The translations under genes were made by a program, and so were the position numbers. Source: Lama glama (lineage: Eukaryota). From it: a stretch of 64,000 nucleotides of DNA. Below are positions 12,456 to 26,444 of this stretch, piece after piece (the stretch's first letter is position 1; each line of letters opens with the position of its first letter). Where the stretch lies: NCBI GenBank assembly GCA_028534125.1, contig CM052818.1:35280001-35344000 (forward strand). Direction: 5' to 3'. The notes below the pieces were generated by a model, which had not been told where the DNA came from, did not search any database, and worked only from the letters and a program-made list of their open reading frames with translations.

Positions 12456-15400
12456 GAAGAATTTACCAGCATGCTTCCCCAAACTGACTCTGTAAATCCA
12501 TTATAGAGAACTTTTTATGCAATCTGTCTTCTTCATTCCCTTTTAGGGGTTAATTTTGGCTGTGGTGGAATTTGAAGAGAGAATTGGGTAACTGTGACTT
12601 TAACTGTGACTTCGGGGCTACGGCTCTACCTTCAGCCTCGGCCACTTTTCCAGTGTTTTGAGTGACATTAGTACCTCAACTGATCATTCTTCTGTCTTTC
12701 GTCTCTTCCTCCCTCCTGCCCCTTCTCCTTTCTCAGATCCAAGGGTTATAATTAAGGGTGGAACTGCCTGGCTATTTCAGATAAGACTTCACTGAGTGAC
12801 TGTTCAACCCACGATATACCCTACAGTTTAACACGCTCAGGAATTAGATTGTATTGGTTGAGTCAGGGTTAATCAGGCCCCTGATAATCATCAGACTGTA
12901 ATTAAAGGGCCTCCTCTGCCTTTGTCACTACTACATCCCATCCCCGCTAGCCCAGTGCCTGCCACGTGATAGTCAATGAATAGCTGCTGAATGAAAACTG
13001 TTACTAACCAAATTCACAAGATTTTGACTTAAAAAACAGTGTGAATTCATAAGTTTATTACTTGTAAGGGACATAACTGGTTCAAGTACCTATACCAGTG
13101 ATTTTGCTCAAGGTACCCCTGTGTTAATAGTTAGATCCAGTCAAGAGACTAAGTGATGGTTTAGAAATGTCCTTTATAGTAAGGAATCAGAAAAACAAGA
13201 GAACAGGAAGAGCAAGCACATACACTAGTGTTATTATTAACTCTGTTACTATTTTTGTCTAGAGAACAGATACTGATTATGAAGAGTAAAATCATCCTCC
13301 CTTTTTTTTTTTGGCTCAGACACTCTATAAAATGCAGGATATCTGTAGTTATCTGTATCATTTGGAAATATTTTGAACATTGCTCAGTAAGAAGCCAATG
13401 CCTACAACCAGGAACGTGGCTGCAGGACTTGCCAGCATGTTACAGAGGGGCGCACTAGGGCAACAACAGACTGAGGACCCGCTAGCCGTGGTGTTACCGT
13501 TGAGCTGCAGCAGAGGGCTGCTGCATCAGGTCAGACAATATCCCAATCCTAGTGTGGAGGGATCTCAGTGTACAGATTTATTCTAGGGACACCTTAGGGT
13601 TCCATTATACCGCAAGACTCAACATACCATAAAATTGCACTGCTGGATTGCTAACCCCAAATAAAATGAGCTATCCAAGGCAAGGGGTGCAATTTATTCA
13701 TGAAGGGTGTATTTCTTTAAACACTTCTCTGGTTCCTACTCTTAGACAATCATTACTTTTTATGTACAGATCAATGTCAGACTTAGATTGTAACTGTACA
13801 CAGCGCTGTATAAGGATAGGGTGGCCTTGACTCAGGTTAGTAAGGTAGTGGTCCAGAGGGTAATATAGGTGTTACTCTGAAAATTATGTAATTAGAGGAA
13901 TCTTGGGGATTCCACTAAGACAACATGGCCGCTCTTGGGATTTCTCGTTTTACTTTAGTCAGTTGGGATGTCAAGTGGCATCTTGCTCCAATGCCCTTTC
14001 TGATTTCCAGAACCAAACAAATACCCCACCACGACTACACCAAAGAAAGCACGATGAGGGCTGGCTCTCAAGAGCCCCCATCTCTGACCACGGCTTCACC
14101 AAATATGCCTTAACGGAAGGGTACTCAATATTTAGTTAACCACGCTTGACCCATGAGGACTCCAAGAAACCACATGAATATTTACTTTGTAAGTTTACGA
14201 GAAAGTACTTAAAAAAAAAACAACCCTACACAACAACAAATGAAAACCTCCACTTTGTCCACTAAAGAGATTATTGGGGAACCCCTTGATGTGCTCATGG
14301 GTCATTGTGCCTCTTGGTTGACTTAACCTTTGGATGCATTCTCATCAGGAAGTGATTCCCTGTCTCTCTAAAATCTTCCGGACTCCCTATCCCTGCCGTA
14401 CTCTGAATAGAAGCCTGAGTCTACTTCCTGAAAGGCGAAGGATTGCTGTTTATTTATATCTTCAGCAGTGTCTTACTACGTATGTTCAAGGCAGTGAGCT
14501 TGGCCTTTTGGAGGATAAAAAGAGAAATCCTACACAAATTCCACCCTCAGATAGTATGGAAGTTATTTCATGGTTGGCGTGACGCCCTAAATACAGAAAC
14601 ACAAGCCTGATCAGACACATCCGGAGCCTTAGGCACCACTGCTCCCCTCCCAAGTTTGCAAGCTGCACTGATGTTTTTCGTAAACAAAGATCAGTGTGCT
14701 GTACTCTGTGACTATGCCCCAAACCTTCAGCCTGGGCCCGGTCCTAGTCTCTGTACATAGACTCTCAGCCCGTGCTGGCTGCCCACAGATGGCCCCGTGA
14801 AAGTCTGCAAAGGATGCTCATTCATCAATCTTGGCTCCTGTACTCACTGCAGGGACCTGGCATCTTGTTGGGGGTTTTTGGTTGGTTGGTTTGTTTGTTT
14901 TCCCAAAAAGAGGAAATATCATTATAACATTGAAAATATTTCAATGTTACATTTCACTGCCCCAAAACTCCTTGAGTACCTACAGGGAATTTATAGTCTA
15001 AGGAAATGGGGGGAAATAGCGTTTGCATCTTTTTTCCACACCTCCAATATTTTTCATCTCTCTCATCAATCACAAGCTGAGAGATTTCCTTACCTGCTTG
15101 TTTATTTCCCTCCTATACTGTATTTCTGCCTTTGCCTCTCCTGACCAGAGTGCATACAACATATGAAAACTATGTGCCAGGGTCTCTGGGGAAAATCTCT
15201 ACACACCAAGCTGGAGAATTTCACCTTGCACTGGAGGAATATTGGGATTCCTAGGACACAATGTCTTCCCCCAGAATACTCCAGTCCGGGTCTCAGCAAC
15301 ACGTCAACAGAAAAGAAGATGACTTCTCAGCCTTGAGCCTGGAACATGGGAAATGACTGAAAAAGTGAAACTGGGGAGATGATGTGGGACACAGGAAGGA

Positions 15401-16664
15401 GACTTTGATCTGATTTGAATAAATGGAGTTACAAAGAATACGCAGGCAGTCAAGCTTTTTTCTGGTCTATTAGATATTTGAGGGTATGCAACTGGAATTT
15501 TAGTGGGGAAACAGGGCTAGCAGTGTAGATTTGGAAGTCTTCAACGTAAAATTAAGGTTGAAACCATGAATATGAGCCTTAGGGAAACGCTGTAGTAGAC
15601 TAAAAGAAGAAAGAGGAGGGATAGGATTGTGGGTTCTCAGAAAAAAAAAAAAAGCTAGAAAGTTTCAAGAGAAAAGTTAGTAAGACAGACAAGGATTTGA
15701 CAATAAGGAAGTTATCAGCAACCTTGGAAAGGAAATTCTCAGTATGGTGGTATGTAGACAGCTCTGAAAAACAGTTTTTATCTTGTTCAACCTCCTCACC
15801 CCCATTGGTTTCACTGCAACAAAGGAAGGAGTTAAATCTTCAGTCTGCCTTATTGAGTTATGTGTGAATGGATTGCTCTTCCGACTCATAGACCCTTGTT
15901 GACAAAACCTCATTTCTTCTGTCTCAACATGTATATAACCTTTACAAACCTCAGTTTTCTCACTTATAAACTTCCAATCCACAATTCTTTGATCCTTTCA
16001 TCTCTGTTACCCATCAGAACATTGGGGAAAAGCTATAAACCAAGAAGGGTCTACAGAAAGCCATCTGGGTTCATTTGACTGGTGTCTCCATTTGTGACTT
16101 TGACACCCTCTGGCCCTCCCTTTATTGTCTGGACTTTCTAACCAACTTCTTCCCCAGGGGTTATTCATGCTAACCTTCTACCTCCCACTTTTCTAGACAA
16201 AAGAAAGCATCCTAAGGAAACACTATCAGCTGCTCCATGGTACCCTCTCCTTTGGCTTATCTCTGGAATTCTCGGCGACACCTCCCACAGGAAGAGGATT
16301 CCCTACCCTCTCTTTCTGTTAGACCTCAGTCAGCATCTTCACTTGGCATTGCCGGTGGATCTGTGACCTTCCACTTGGAGAGCATTCATGGCATTTCCTT
16401 GAATCCTGAAGCTATACCAATCTCTAGGGTTTTATAGCTGCCCTCAGGCTGGTTCCAATGTTCCACATCAACAGCGATGCCGAGGTAGGGAGCTTCCTGG
16501 CCTGGAGTCCTTAAGCAAAATGAGCATCTGCTTAGTTTCAGCCAAAGAAGCATATTTTAAAGGTATGGTAGACTCCCTTATGCTCTTCTCCATTTGCTGC
16601 TGATCATAATTTGGCAAGTAAAATTACTCTCATTTGGATCTGCAATATAGATGCCCAATGCTTC

Positions 16665-16752
16665 AAAAAGAAAGAAAGAAAGAAAAGAAAAAGAAAGAGA
16701 AAGAAAGAAAGAAAGGAAGGAAGGAAGGAAGGAAGGAAGGAAGGAAGGAGAA
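16665..16752. repeat. Compound (GAAA)n/(GGAA)8 microsatellite
   Basis: Read directly; eight GGAA units at 16715-16746. Confidence 0.95.
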
Positions 16753-17225
16753 GAATAATATAGATGCATGTTTTATAAAATTGGAGGCAATGCAGAAAGA
16801 TAGGTAACTGCAGCTAAAGTGGTTCCTTTAATAAGAATCCATGCCAACTCACTACTGCTCTGTAAAGTTGGCTAAGCATAAACCCTTCCATGCTTTCAGT
16901 ATTATGTATTCTTATTAACTTAAATATATGTAACATTCACTGTGTATTCACTGCTTTCACATTTCAAATTTCAACTCCTGTATTTAACCAGTTCGGGCCT
17001 CAGAAAACCAAGAGAGAATCTAGGAGACTCTCAGGCCTGTAGCTGCCCCCGGGATATCTCCCAAATGTGCAGAAGATTATCAGAGTTTATTCTTGGCCCC
17101 TTGAAGTTTCTAACCTGATGTCAGACTACTGGTGGCCTGCCCTTCCTTCTACAGCAGCTCCCCATCTGGAAAAAGAAGCCCTGGACAGGCCACCCTCTCT
17201 AGGACCTTGTAACTGTCACCCTTAG

Positions 17226-17426
17226 CCAGGTTTCTCATCCTCAGCACTACGGACATTTGAGGCCAGATAACTTTGTGTGTGTGTGTGTGTGTGTGTGGTT
17301 GGGTAAAGGACTTGTAGTATGTTTAGCAGCGTCCTTGATCTCTGCCTACTGAATTGCAGTGGTAGCCCCCTCCCCACCCCAACCAAGTCCCTAGCAGGTG
17401 AAATTATCCCTGGTTAAGAAGCTCTG
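17226..17426. mobile_element. MER20-like hAT element with an internal (TG)n microsatellite
   Basis: caggtttctcatcctcagcactacggacatttgaggccagataa ... tgtttagcagcgtcc ... ctggttaagaagctctg; (TG)n at 17274-17297. Confidence 0.75.
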
Positions 17427-17881
17427 CCCTGAGCCCAGAGAACCTGTCTCTGTGATACCATTCTCAGCATCCCTTATTCTGAGGTTTAGCTATGGGATGG
17501 ATGGTAAAGAATCCCCAGTCACCTTCCCCCACAAATCACCCCCTTGTCCCTATTTCCTGCTTCTGTTAATGTCATTGCCAGCACTCCCTACCCGCATGCT
17601 CCCTTCCAATCCTCTGCTCTTCCCACTCAGTTGTCAAAGCCTGGTCTCTTTTTCCTCCAAAACCTTGCTTGTATCTCTTTCCTCTAATTCTCGCCATTCT
17701 TCATTCCAGCCTCCGTCGTCTGTCACCTGGTCTGTTGGAAGAGCCTGCACATAGGTCTCCTTGTCTCCTGTCTCTTGCTTCTCTGCCCCTCCCTCACGTT
17801 GCCCCAGAGCCAGATTCTGATCAGACCAGATACGTTCCCTCCTCGGAAGCCTTCACTGGCTCCCTCTGCCATTGCCTATAG

Positions 17882-18083
17882 CAGGGGTCAGCAAGCTTTT
17901 TCTTGGAGGGTTAGATAGTAAATATGTTAGGCTTTGTGAACAGAATCAAAGATATTATGTAAGGACTTACATAACCATTTAAAATAAGACCACTAAAAAA
18001 CGTAAAAAACATTCTTAGCTCACAGACTGGAAAAAAGCAGGTGGCGAGCAGGATTCGGCCGTGGGCTGTAGTCTGCCTGTCTA
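17882..18083. mobile_element. MER58-like hAT element
   Basis: Starts caggggtcagcaagctttttc...agatagtaaatatgttaggcttt and ends ggattcggccgtgggctgtagtctgcc. Confidence 0.7.
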
Positions 18084-18589
18084 GGGCCTAGTAATAGACT
18101 TGACCATTTATTCCAGGCTCTGGGTGACTGGCCCACACTCTTCTGTGCCACCACTTGTCTTCCGTGCTCCCTGCGTAGTAGCATTGCCACACGCTCCTTG
18201 TCCCCCACAGCCTCCTCTCGTGGTGCCTCTGCTCCTGCCCCTTCCTCACCTGGATTGCCCTCCCCAGGTCTCTTCTGCCTGTTGAAATTATACCCCTAAA
18301 GACACTCTCAGATGCCACCTCTTCTGTGAAACCTTACCCCGTTCCAGAAGGTCAGAGTGAAACCCTCTGGGATCCATGCCCCTTTCCCTTTGTCCCTCCG
18401 CTGCGACACGGACTTCATCCTCCTTTGGATGCTGCTGGCACACCTGCCAAACTGACTGGGAGGCTGTGAGCTGGCTGAGCGTGGAGACCTGGCCCCTTCT
18501 CAGCCCTGCTGTACCCCATTCATAGTGAAGCGTGGCAGGTAGCACTGCATTGAGCCCGTATGAGCAGTTTATGTGCATCCTGACCAACC

Positions 18590-18745
18590 TGTGAAGTTAT
18601 TATTGTCTCCCCTTCAGCTATGAAAAATCTGAGATACAGAGAGGTTTAAATAAGTTGCCCATGATCACACAGTAGTAAATGGCAGAGCTGGAATCCAAAC
18701 AAGGTCTACCTGATTGCAGAGCTTGACCCCTAAGCAGCATATTAT
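18590..18745 (-). mobile_element. MIR SINE
   Basis: gaaaaatctgagatacagagaggtttaaataagttgcccatgatcacacagtagtaaatggcagagctggaatccaaac. Confidence 0.7.
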
Positions 18746-21700
18746 ACAGAACAGGGACCCGACATGGAGTGGTGGTGCTGGGTCAACGCCACATCTCACT
18801 GTGCAAGTTTCTCCTACTTAGTAGCATTTCAGTTTGGCTCATTGCACTTTAAAATGTCATTGATAGGTTCTGGCTGCCAGCCTGATCAATGATTTAGCGA
18901 TCTGAGTGAAGACCATGCTCTCCTGGAATCCTGTCCTCCTTTGGTTTCTAATATGCAGTCTGAGTGTTGGGTCTTCGTTTTACAGGGATCTTTCCCTTGA
19001 GGAGGTCCCTGATCGTTTTGCTGAGAACTGGCTTTGAAATCCTCCAGTGAGAACTAATGGCATACCATTTTCAAATGGAGCTGGGCAAACTAGGAGGAAC
19101 AAACAGAAAGAGGGTAATTCTGGTCTCGGAATTTATGAGCTTCCCTATCTAAAAGTTTAAATTTCAACTTTCTTTTGATCTTTGGGTTTATGGTGAGTTT
19201 TAATAGATTGTTCTTTTGAGACAGTCTCAGGAACTTAATATGCTTCCCTCCTTCCACTAAGAAAGATAACTGGACGCCTTGCCCCGCCCCACCCCACCCC
19301 CTGTCAGCCTTGGGTGAGTTTGTCTTCTACATAATTCAGTATAACTTGAATGGGGGCAGAATCATGAAGACTGAGAACTGTAAGCTTCTACCCATTGCCA
19401 ACAATGTGATCACCCAACACCCAGCAGTCCTGCCATCACTCTTTCCCGTCTGTAGCAGCCAACGCCACAAGCCACTGCAGGGAGTGATAGGTCAGGGGAA
19501 AGCCCTGAGTTTCCTGAAGTGATGTGGGAGCAGATGTCAGCCCTCTGCGGAGGGACCTCATGGTAGACTTTTTGGTGGCCCCCTTCCTCCCAGGAGACAC
19601 ACGTGTTAGATGAATGTGTATTAATGGTGGTGAGAGAAGTGAGACATCATACCACTCTTTGGCGTTTCTCTCTGGTGTTTAGAAGCCAAGTCCATCCTTA
19701 AAAGCTACACGGCACTGAAGCTTGCAAGTGGACACCTCGGCAAGGGAGGCAGGTCTCCAGGCGTGTTCTTTACCTGTTTCTCATTCACCCTGGAGGGAAC
19801 CAGGCTGCTGCTTCACTCACTGCCACATGGCTGCCTTTCTCGTCCCTTCCCTCTTGTGTGTTCGCTTCCATCCCTGGGCCTGACTCCCAGCAGTCTTAAC
19901 TCTTGTCACGTTAGGCAATTATTTTCAAATCTTGCAGCAGGACAGACAGTGCAGCGTCAGATAACCTTCTCTCCCTCTTTTTCCTTGCACATTTGATGAG
20001 GCAGCTGCAATTTCCTAGCAGAGTCACCATCAGCACCAGTTGAAAGTAATCTCAATTTGGTGGGGTTTTTTTTTTTTTTTTACCTTTTCTTGAAGAAAAT
20101 AATGTACGAAGTCCATTCCGTATATATCCCAGTCCTCTACACACTCACGGTGGCTTCAGACTTGCACTTCCCCTTTCTCCCAATGTTGTTTTCTTGGTTT
20201 TGTTGTTGTTGTTTTTCTGAGTGGGCCTATGAAAATTGGCAGCAAAGAGGCCAGTTTGTTTAATTTAAATACACTGCAGCAAAAGGAAGGTAGTTGTCCA
20301 CACAGGCCATCTGCTACCTGGCAGGTATCCACGAGTCAGAGAGAGAAATGGAGACTAAAGTGTCTCCTTCTGTTACCATGATAACCACTTAGCTCAGAGT
20401 TTCCTCTGGGGGGGGTGTGTGTGGGGAGGGGGTGCAGTTAACAGTGCCCTGGAGAGGGCATTAACTCCCCAAATCACGCTTTTTGTCATAAGCCTCTCTG
20501 GGCTTGATTACCTGGCGATAACATGTATCAAGGAGATTTTTTAAAAATCTCATACCTGTTCCATAAGGAAAAAGAAGAGAAGGAAATAGTCTTTATGGAG
20601 CCCCTACCGTGTGCCAGGCACCCAGCTGGGGAGGCCTGAGCAGCGCACGTTTCCCTGCTGCAGACAGCGCCTTTCTCCCTGTGCGGCTGTGCCCTTGGCC
20701 ACAGTGTGTGAGTCCCTGTCCCTGCTCAGTGTCCTCAAGTCACCTCCTCTGGCATTCACTGTACCTGTCTTGGCTCCAGTATTAGATTTGCGCTCTAGAC
20801 AAAAGACTAAGTCGTGATCACCGTATTCGCCTTTCTCACATTTCTGACTCGTGTTGGAAATTAATCTGCGTTGCTATCAAAAATCATGTTTGGCCTCAGC
20901 AGTGAGAAGTCTCGACTGATCCACGTTCCTTCTGACCTCAGAAGGATGGTGCCAGGGTCCCAGTGTGCTTCGGTTTCTCCCAGCAGTTTAAGGCAATTAG
21001 AAGACCCAGGTACCAGTCTTAGCCTTGCTCCTAATTTCTTTGTGACCTTGTGTCCTCTCTCGACCTCAGTCTTCTCAGGTATACTTATGAATGTTGGACC
21101 AGAACAGAGGCTGTTTTCCTGGGGTAACAAACCCTCTGAAATTATAAGTATAATTTCTGAGCTGTTTTCTTGAAACACGATACATAGCTTTCTCAGGTTC
21201 GCAGAGTCTCTCAGAGTCTCGCTGAGTTAGAAGTGAAGGGCCAGCAGACGAGAGAGCTTCTCAGATTAATAACATTCTCTAGCTCTGTCTTTCCAACAGA
21301 ATTGTTTCCAACTACAAGGGACCTCTGTACTCACAGAACCTGAGTTACAGGGCATTTATTGTGTCCAGTTGTTGGTTAGACACATGATTGGCCTGTGCTT
21401 TATCCAAGCCTTTGTTACAGGCTGTGCTACAGCAAGGTCCCACTGTCCTCGCATCGGGAAACCTCAAAACCTCAAAAGCTTCCCCAGCTTCTCCAGGCTA
21501 ACCACCCCTCTCCTGGCAGCTGTTTGAAACCCGAGGCACGCGATTGCTTTTTACCCTCATTGTCCCCATCCCCCAGAGCCACTTAACTGGTCCCTCCACC
21601 TTTGCTGATTTCTGTGTGATTCTAAGGTTCCCCGTAATCTCTAGGTTCCAACGATGATGCTCCCCGACTCCCCCGACCCCCAGCCTCCTACAGGGTCGCT

Positions 21701-22839
21701 TACTCTAGATTGGTTTGCTTCCAGTGGCGTGTTCGGCAGTGTCCCCGGGGAGGGCCTGCCTCTCTGAACATACTTTTGTATGTTTTGTGGCTTTGAGACA
21801 AGATGCAGTTGCTCAGCACAGGGCTCCTGTCTGCACTGCCTTCAGCATGTCCATCTGGCACAGACCTGTCAAGAGGGCAGAGGACAAGCGGCCCCGGCTG
21901 GGCTCGGAGGTGACTGTCGCCAAGCCAGCAGTGATGCTGTGTGCTCTGCCTCCAGCTGTGTGTGCTCTGGATGCTCCAGTCTGTGCTTATGTAATAGAAG
22001 GACCTGATTTCAAACTCTGTCTCTTTTGAGACAGCCCTGTCTGCACCCCCTCAGCGGCTCCGTGTGCGTGAGGCGTAAGTGGGTGGCATCTCTGGCGTTG
22101 ACTCCACTTGTGAGAAAGGTGAAGTAGGAGTAAACATGCCTCGTGTGACCCGAGGTGGCTGCCAAAAGCCCTCAGAGGAGAATCCTTCGCTGACAGTGCG
22201 GTTACGACCGAAGCGATGCTTTGATGACTCAGCATGTCTGTGATTAAGTGACTTAGCAAAGGCCATAGGGTCAGAGTTTGGTATGTGAAAAATACTTCAC
22301 AGGTCATCTGGCTGATGCCGCTCAGTTTGTAAATGAGATGACTGAACCCCAGAAAGATTCAAATGCACGTGCCACACAGTCTGAAGAAAAACCCAGGTCT
22401 CCTGACTTCCAAGCCGCGCCTGCCCCACCGAACCCCACTGCCTCCTTTGAGTCTTGGCCCAAGGTGGTGGTGAGAGTGAGAGTCCCATCTCAGCGCCTAC
22501 AGCAACCCCTCCTCTCCCAAGTCACTGGTTTCCCAGTGGAGAATTGTCTCCAGGTCCTGTAATTATTGACAAAGGAAAGAGGTTGAAGCTTTTCAGCATC
22601 AGGACAGGCTGTGCACCTAGGCACATTCTCAGATCAGGAAAAATGTTTCTCGATTCTATATCTTTGTGTCCTTTCTCATGCACAGTCCTCTTTCCTAAGG
22701 TCTTTGGCATCTCCTGAGGGCCATTAGGCCTGGTCTGTCATAGCCCGGAGTTCTCCCTCCTACTCCCTCTCAGTCAGATGTTCTTCAGGTGGGACTGATC
22801 TAATAATGTATAAAGAAAAAAGTCAAGCCCAGCACGTGA

Positions 22840-24178
22840 GCTGCCTACGGCTGCGTAACAACTTACTCCAAAACTTAACGGCTTACAACAAATTTTACCT
22901 CACGGTGTCTGTGGGTCAGGAATCCAGGCGCTATTTATTTAGCTGGATCCCCACAGCTGAGGATCAGGGTCTCTCACAAGGTAACAGTCACCCCAAGGCT
23001 CAGTGACTTACTTCATTGTTGGCAGGATTCTTCATGGGTTATTGGATTGAGGGCCACAGTTCAATGCCAGATGATGGCTAGAAGCCACCCCCAATTCCTT
23101 GCCACATGGGCCTCTCCACAGGGCAGCTCACATAATGGCATCCAGCTTCATTAACGTGAGCAGGGGAGAGAGAGTGTGTGTGGACAAGACAGAAGTCAAG
23201 GTTTTTTATATACTAATCTCAGAAGTGACATCCCATTGGCCTGATTCCTTAGGAGCAGTCACTATGCCCAGCCCACCTTCAAGGGGTGGGGATAATGAGG
23301 TATCACCTCACACCAGACAGAATGGCCACCATTCAAAAGTCCACAAATGATAAATACTGGAGAAAAGGGAACCCTCCTACACTGTTGTGGGAATGTAGTC
23401 TGGTGCAGCCATTATGGAAAACAGTATGGAGAGTCCTCAAAAGACTAAAAATAGACTTACCATATGATCCAGCAGTCCCACTCCTGGGCATATACCCAGA
23501 GGGAACTTAATTCAAAAAGATACATGCACCCCAATGTTTATAGCAGCACTATTTACAATAGCCAAGACATGGAAGCAACCTAAATGTCCATCAACAGATG
23601 ACTGGATAAGAAAGTTTTGGTATGTTTATACAATGGAATACTACTCAGCCATAAAAAGTAATAAAATAATGCTATTTGCAGCAACATGGATGGACCTGGA
23701 AATTGTCATTCTAAGTGAAGTAAGCCAGAAAGAGAAAGAAAAATCACTTATATATGGAATCTAAAAAGAAAGACCAATGAATTTATTTACAGAACAGAAA
23801 CAGACTCACAGACATAGAAAATTAACTTATGATAACCAGGGAGGGGGAAAGGGGTGGGAAGAGATAAATTGGGAGTGCGAGATGTGCAGATACTAACTAA
23901 TATATGTAAAATAAAATAGATAAACAACAAGTTCATACTGTATAGCTCAGGGAACTATATTCAATAGCTTGTAGTAACCTATGGTGAAAAGGAATATAAA
24001 AACCAATACATGTATGTATATGTATGACTGAAGCATTGTGCTGTGCACCAGAAATTGACACATTGTAAACTGACTACACTTCAATAAAATATATATATGA
24101 GGTGGGGATTACACAAAAGTATGACTACAGAGAGGGAGGGTGTCACTGGAGGCTTCCTCAGGGTTCTGCCCACCACAC
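22840..24178 (-). mobile_element. MaLR solo LTR (MLT1F/G-like) interrupted by an L1
   Basis: Begins gctgcgtaacaacttactccaaaacttaacggctta...ctgtgggtcaggaatcc. Resumes after the L1 as ggggattacacaaaagtatgact...ctgcccaccaca. Confidence 0.75.
23294..24096 (+). mobile_element. 5'-truncated L1 (ORF2 C-terminus and 3' UTR)
   Basis: ORF-track peptides [17 protein letters not shown]...[33 protein letters not shown] and MFIAALFTIAKTWKQPKCPSTDDWIRKFWYVYTMEYYSAIK are the disrupted L1 ORF2 C-terminus. AATAAA at 24083; TSD aaggggtggggat and atgaggtggggat. Confidence 0.93.
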
Positions 24179-26444
24179 TTAGTTATCTAGTTAAAGTATT
24201 TCACATAAAGCTTTATTGATGACTGACAGATTTAGTCCTCCCAGGAGATCACTGCCCACTCTGGCTACGTTCCCACTTTCCATTACAGAAGAAAAAGGGT
24301 CAGAAACTTGATACACCTCATTGTCATTTAACAAATACTCATTAAGCCTCTACATGTGGTCGGCACAATGGTGAGGAAGATAAATGTGAGAGGTGAGATT
24401 AATGCTGTACAGGGTTCTGTGGGAGCATCCCAGGAAGACCTAATCTGATCCTAGCAGAGGTGACAATGGGCAGACAGCTGGGAGACCAGGAGGAGCTGGT
24501 CAGAGGACACGGAGCGGGCAGTGCTCCTGGCACAGAGAACAGCAAGCAGAGGCCTGAAGGCAGGAAAGAGCGCAGTCCTTTCCACAGATTGAAGGAGCTC
24601 TTGCTGGTACTTTTTGTTGTTGTCTACACCACCCAAGAGCAGAGTCAGTTGACCTCCCTCGTACTAACATTTACCTCATCCCAGGGCAGCCCCCATCTCT
24701 AGGCCCCCCTTAAACCTCAGCCTCAGGCCTGGCTGAGGAAGTCACGCACATCGATTGCCTCTGACATGTGTCTCTCCCAGGGCCTTTGGGATTTACTGAC
24801 CCACCAGGATGCCAAACCGACATTGCTCTGCTGGACCCAGAATTCCCACAGGGCTCCTGACAGCTCCATCCTAGCACTGTTTTAGTCCAACATGATCATC
24901 CTAAAGCCAAGGGCTGGAGCTTGAGATCCATGGGGAAAATTACGTCTTCCCAGTGGTCTGGGCTTTTCTCTTTCTCCTGCTCTGAACACAGACAACATCG
25001 GAGTCTGGTTTCCATCTTCCTCAGAAGGCATGTCCTGGGCTGTGATCCCGGGGAAGGGGCCTGATTATTTTCAAGCTGATGGTGGGCAGTAGGTTTCATT
25101 TTCTGACCCTGGAGTTTTAGCCACATGTGCCTATCCACCCCCCGTCCCTCCCTCTTGCTTCATCCCTCATCATCATTTTCCTATTAAAATATTTGCAAAG
25201 GTTCAGTCTCATGTTTCATGTTAAAGCAACCTATTTCTTCATCTCTGGTCTTACGACCCTGACCTTCGGTCCTCAGGCAGTGATGCCTGACCCAAATCTC
25301 ACTGAGCGAGATTATTGAGTACTTGCCATGTGCTTAATGCTGGGTTGGCCCTCTGAAGGGATGACAGGTAACTGTCATACATTGAAGTGAGTGTGAATTT
25401 CACAGGCCATACTCAGGCCAAAAAAAAAAAAATCTGTAAGTGGCCTTAATTTCCCTCTTAAGCACTAACTGTCTGAGCCGGACACTTAGTCTGGGCATTT
25501 CCAGGAAAACTCTGAAGCCAGTCACTTCAGAGATGATTATTCCCCTTCCTGCACCAAAAATGAGTGCTATGCCTGGAGGACTCGGGCTAGATGCCGTGAC
25601 ATCAGCAGAGGGGTGTCCACAGCTCCAGGTTGATCTGTGCTGAAGCCATCATGCCCTCTGCTTGTGGCCAGGCCTCGTTCTTGCAGGCAGCACCCTGTTC
25701 CATGGCTGAGGCTCCCCCAGCATCCAGGGTCCACACCTGACCTCACTGAGGCTCCAGTTCCTCTGTGATTGAGAGGCAGCTTTAGGCGTATCACCTCTAA
25801 CGGTATCAGCCTATGGGAAGCGTTCAGCTGCATTGGGTTCTTCCTTGAGGCTGCCCAGGCAACCCAAGAAATGACCTTTGTTCTGGTCCCCTCGGCCCAG
25901 GAAAGGCCACTTCTGTGATGTTCTGCATCCCAAACTGTGCTGGCTCAGGATTCTCCTGCCAAACCAAGCATTGGACTTCCTTGCCTTTTCTCTGGGATCT
26001 CTCACCTCTCTCCCAGCTTCCTTATCTAGTTTGCACTGTGGCTGAAACTGCTTGTTCTGGCTGGTCATCATAAGCACTTTCCAAACTAGAATAAATTGTA
26101 TGCTTTGTTATTTGCCCCCACTCCCATAAAAAATGACCAGAAAGCACAGGCTGATGGTAATTATAAGGTAAAAGGGAGAGGTGGTTTCCCAAAATACAGT
26201 GATTAATATGTGATAATGTTATCTAGCCAAAACAGGACTCCTGAAATGGTTATAAACTAGTTGGGAAGAAAAGATACATACCCTGATAAAGTAAGTAATA
26301 ATAAGTGTTTTATAGTCACTGACAAAAATAGAAGAGAGTATTTCACAAGATAGAACATGTCGAATTTTCAATGGAAGATTATTATAAAGGTTAAACAGTA
26401 GTAAAAATAGCAAAAAGATTTTGTAGTAATGGATAAGCCACATC

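Noticed and set aside
16665..16752. Repeat arrays as CRISPR-like or functional arrays
   Set aside because: This is a simple purine microsatellite with no spacers in a mammalian context. Other short tandem duplications (12589-12612, 45801-45824, 57964-57993) look like replication slippage.
22031..22080. Possible small exon ending at GGC|GTAAGT (22075)
   Set aside because: The available acceptors give 20, 40 or 44 nt, none frame-preserving, and the pyrimidine tracts are short.
23286..23764. L1 ORF2 peptides as an active retrotransposon or host gene
   Set aside because: 5'-truncated fragment of about 0.8 kb broken by stops and frameshifts.
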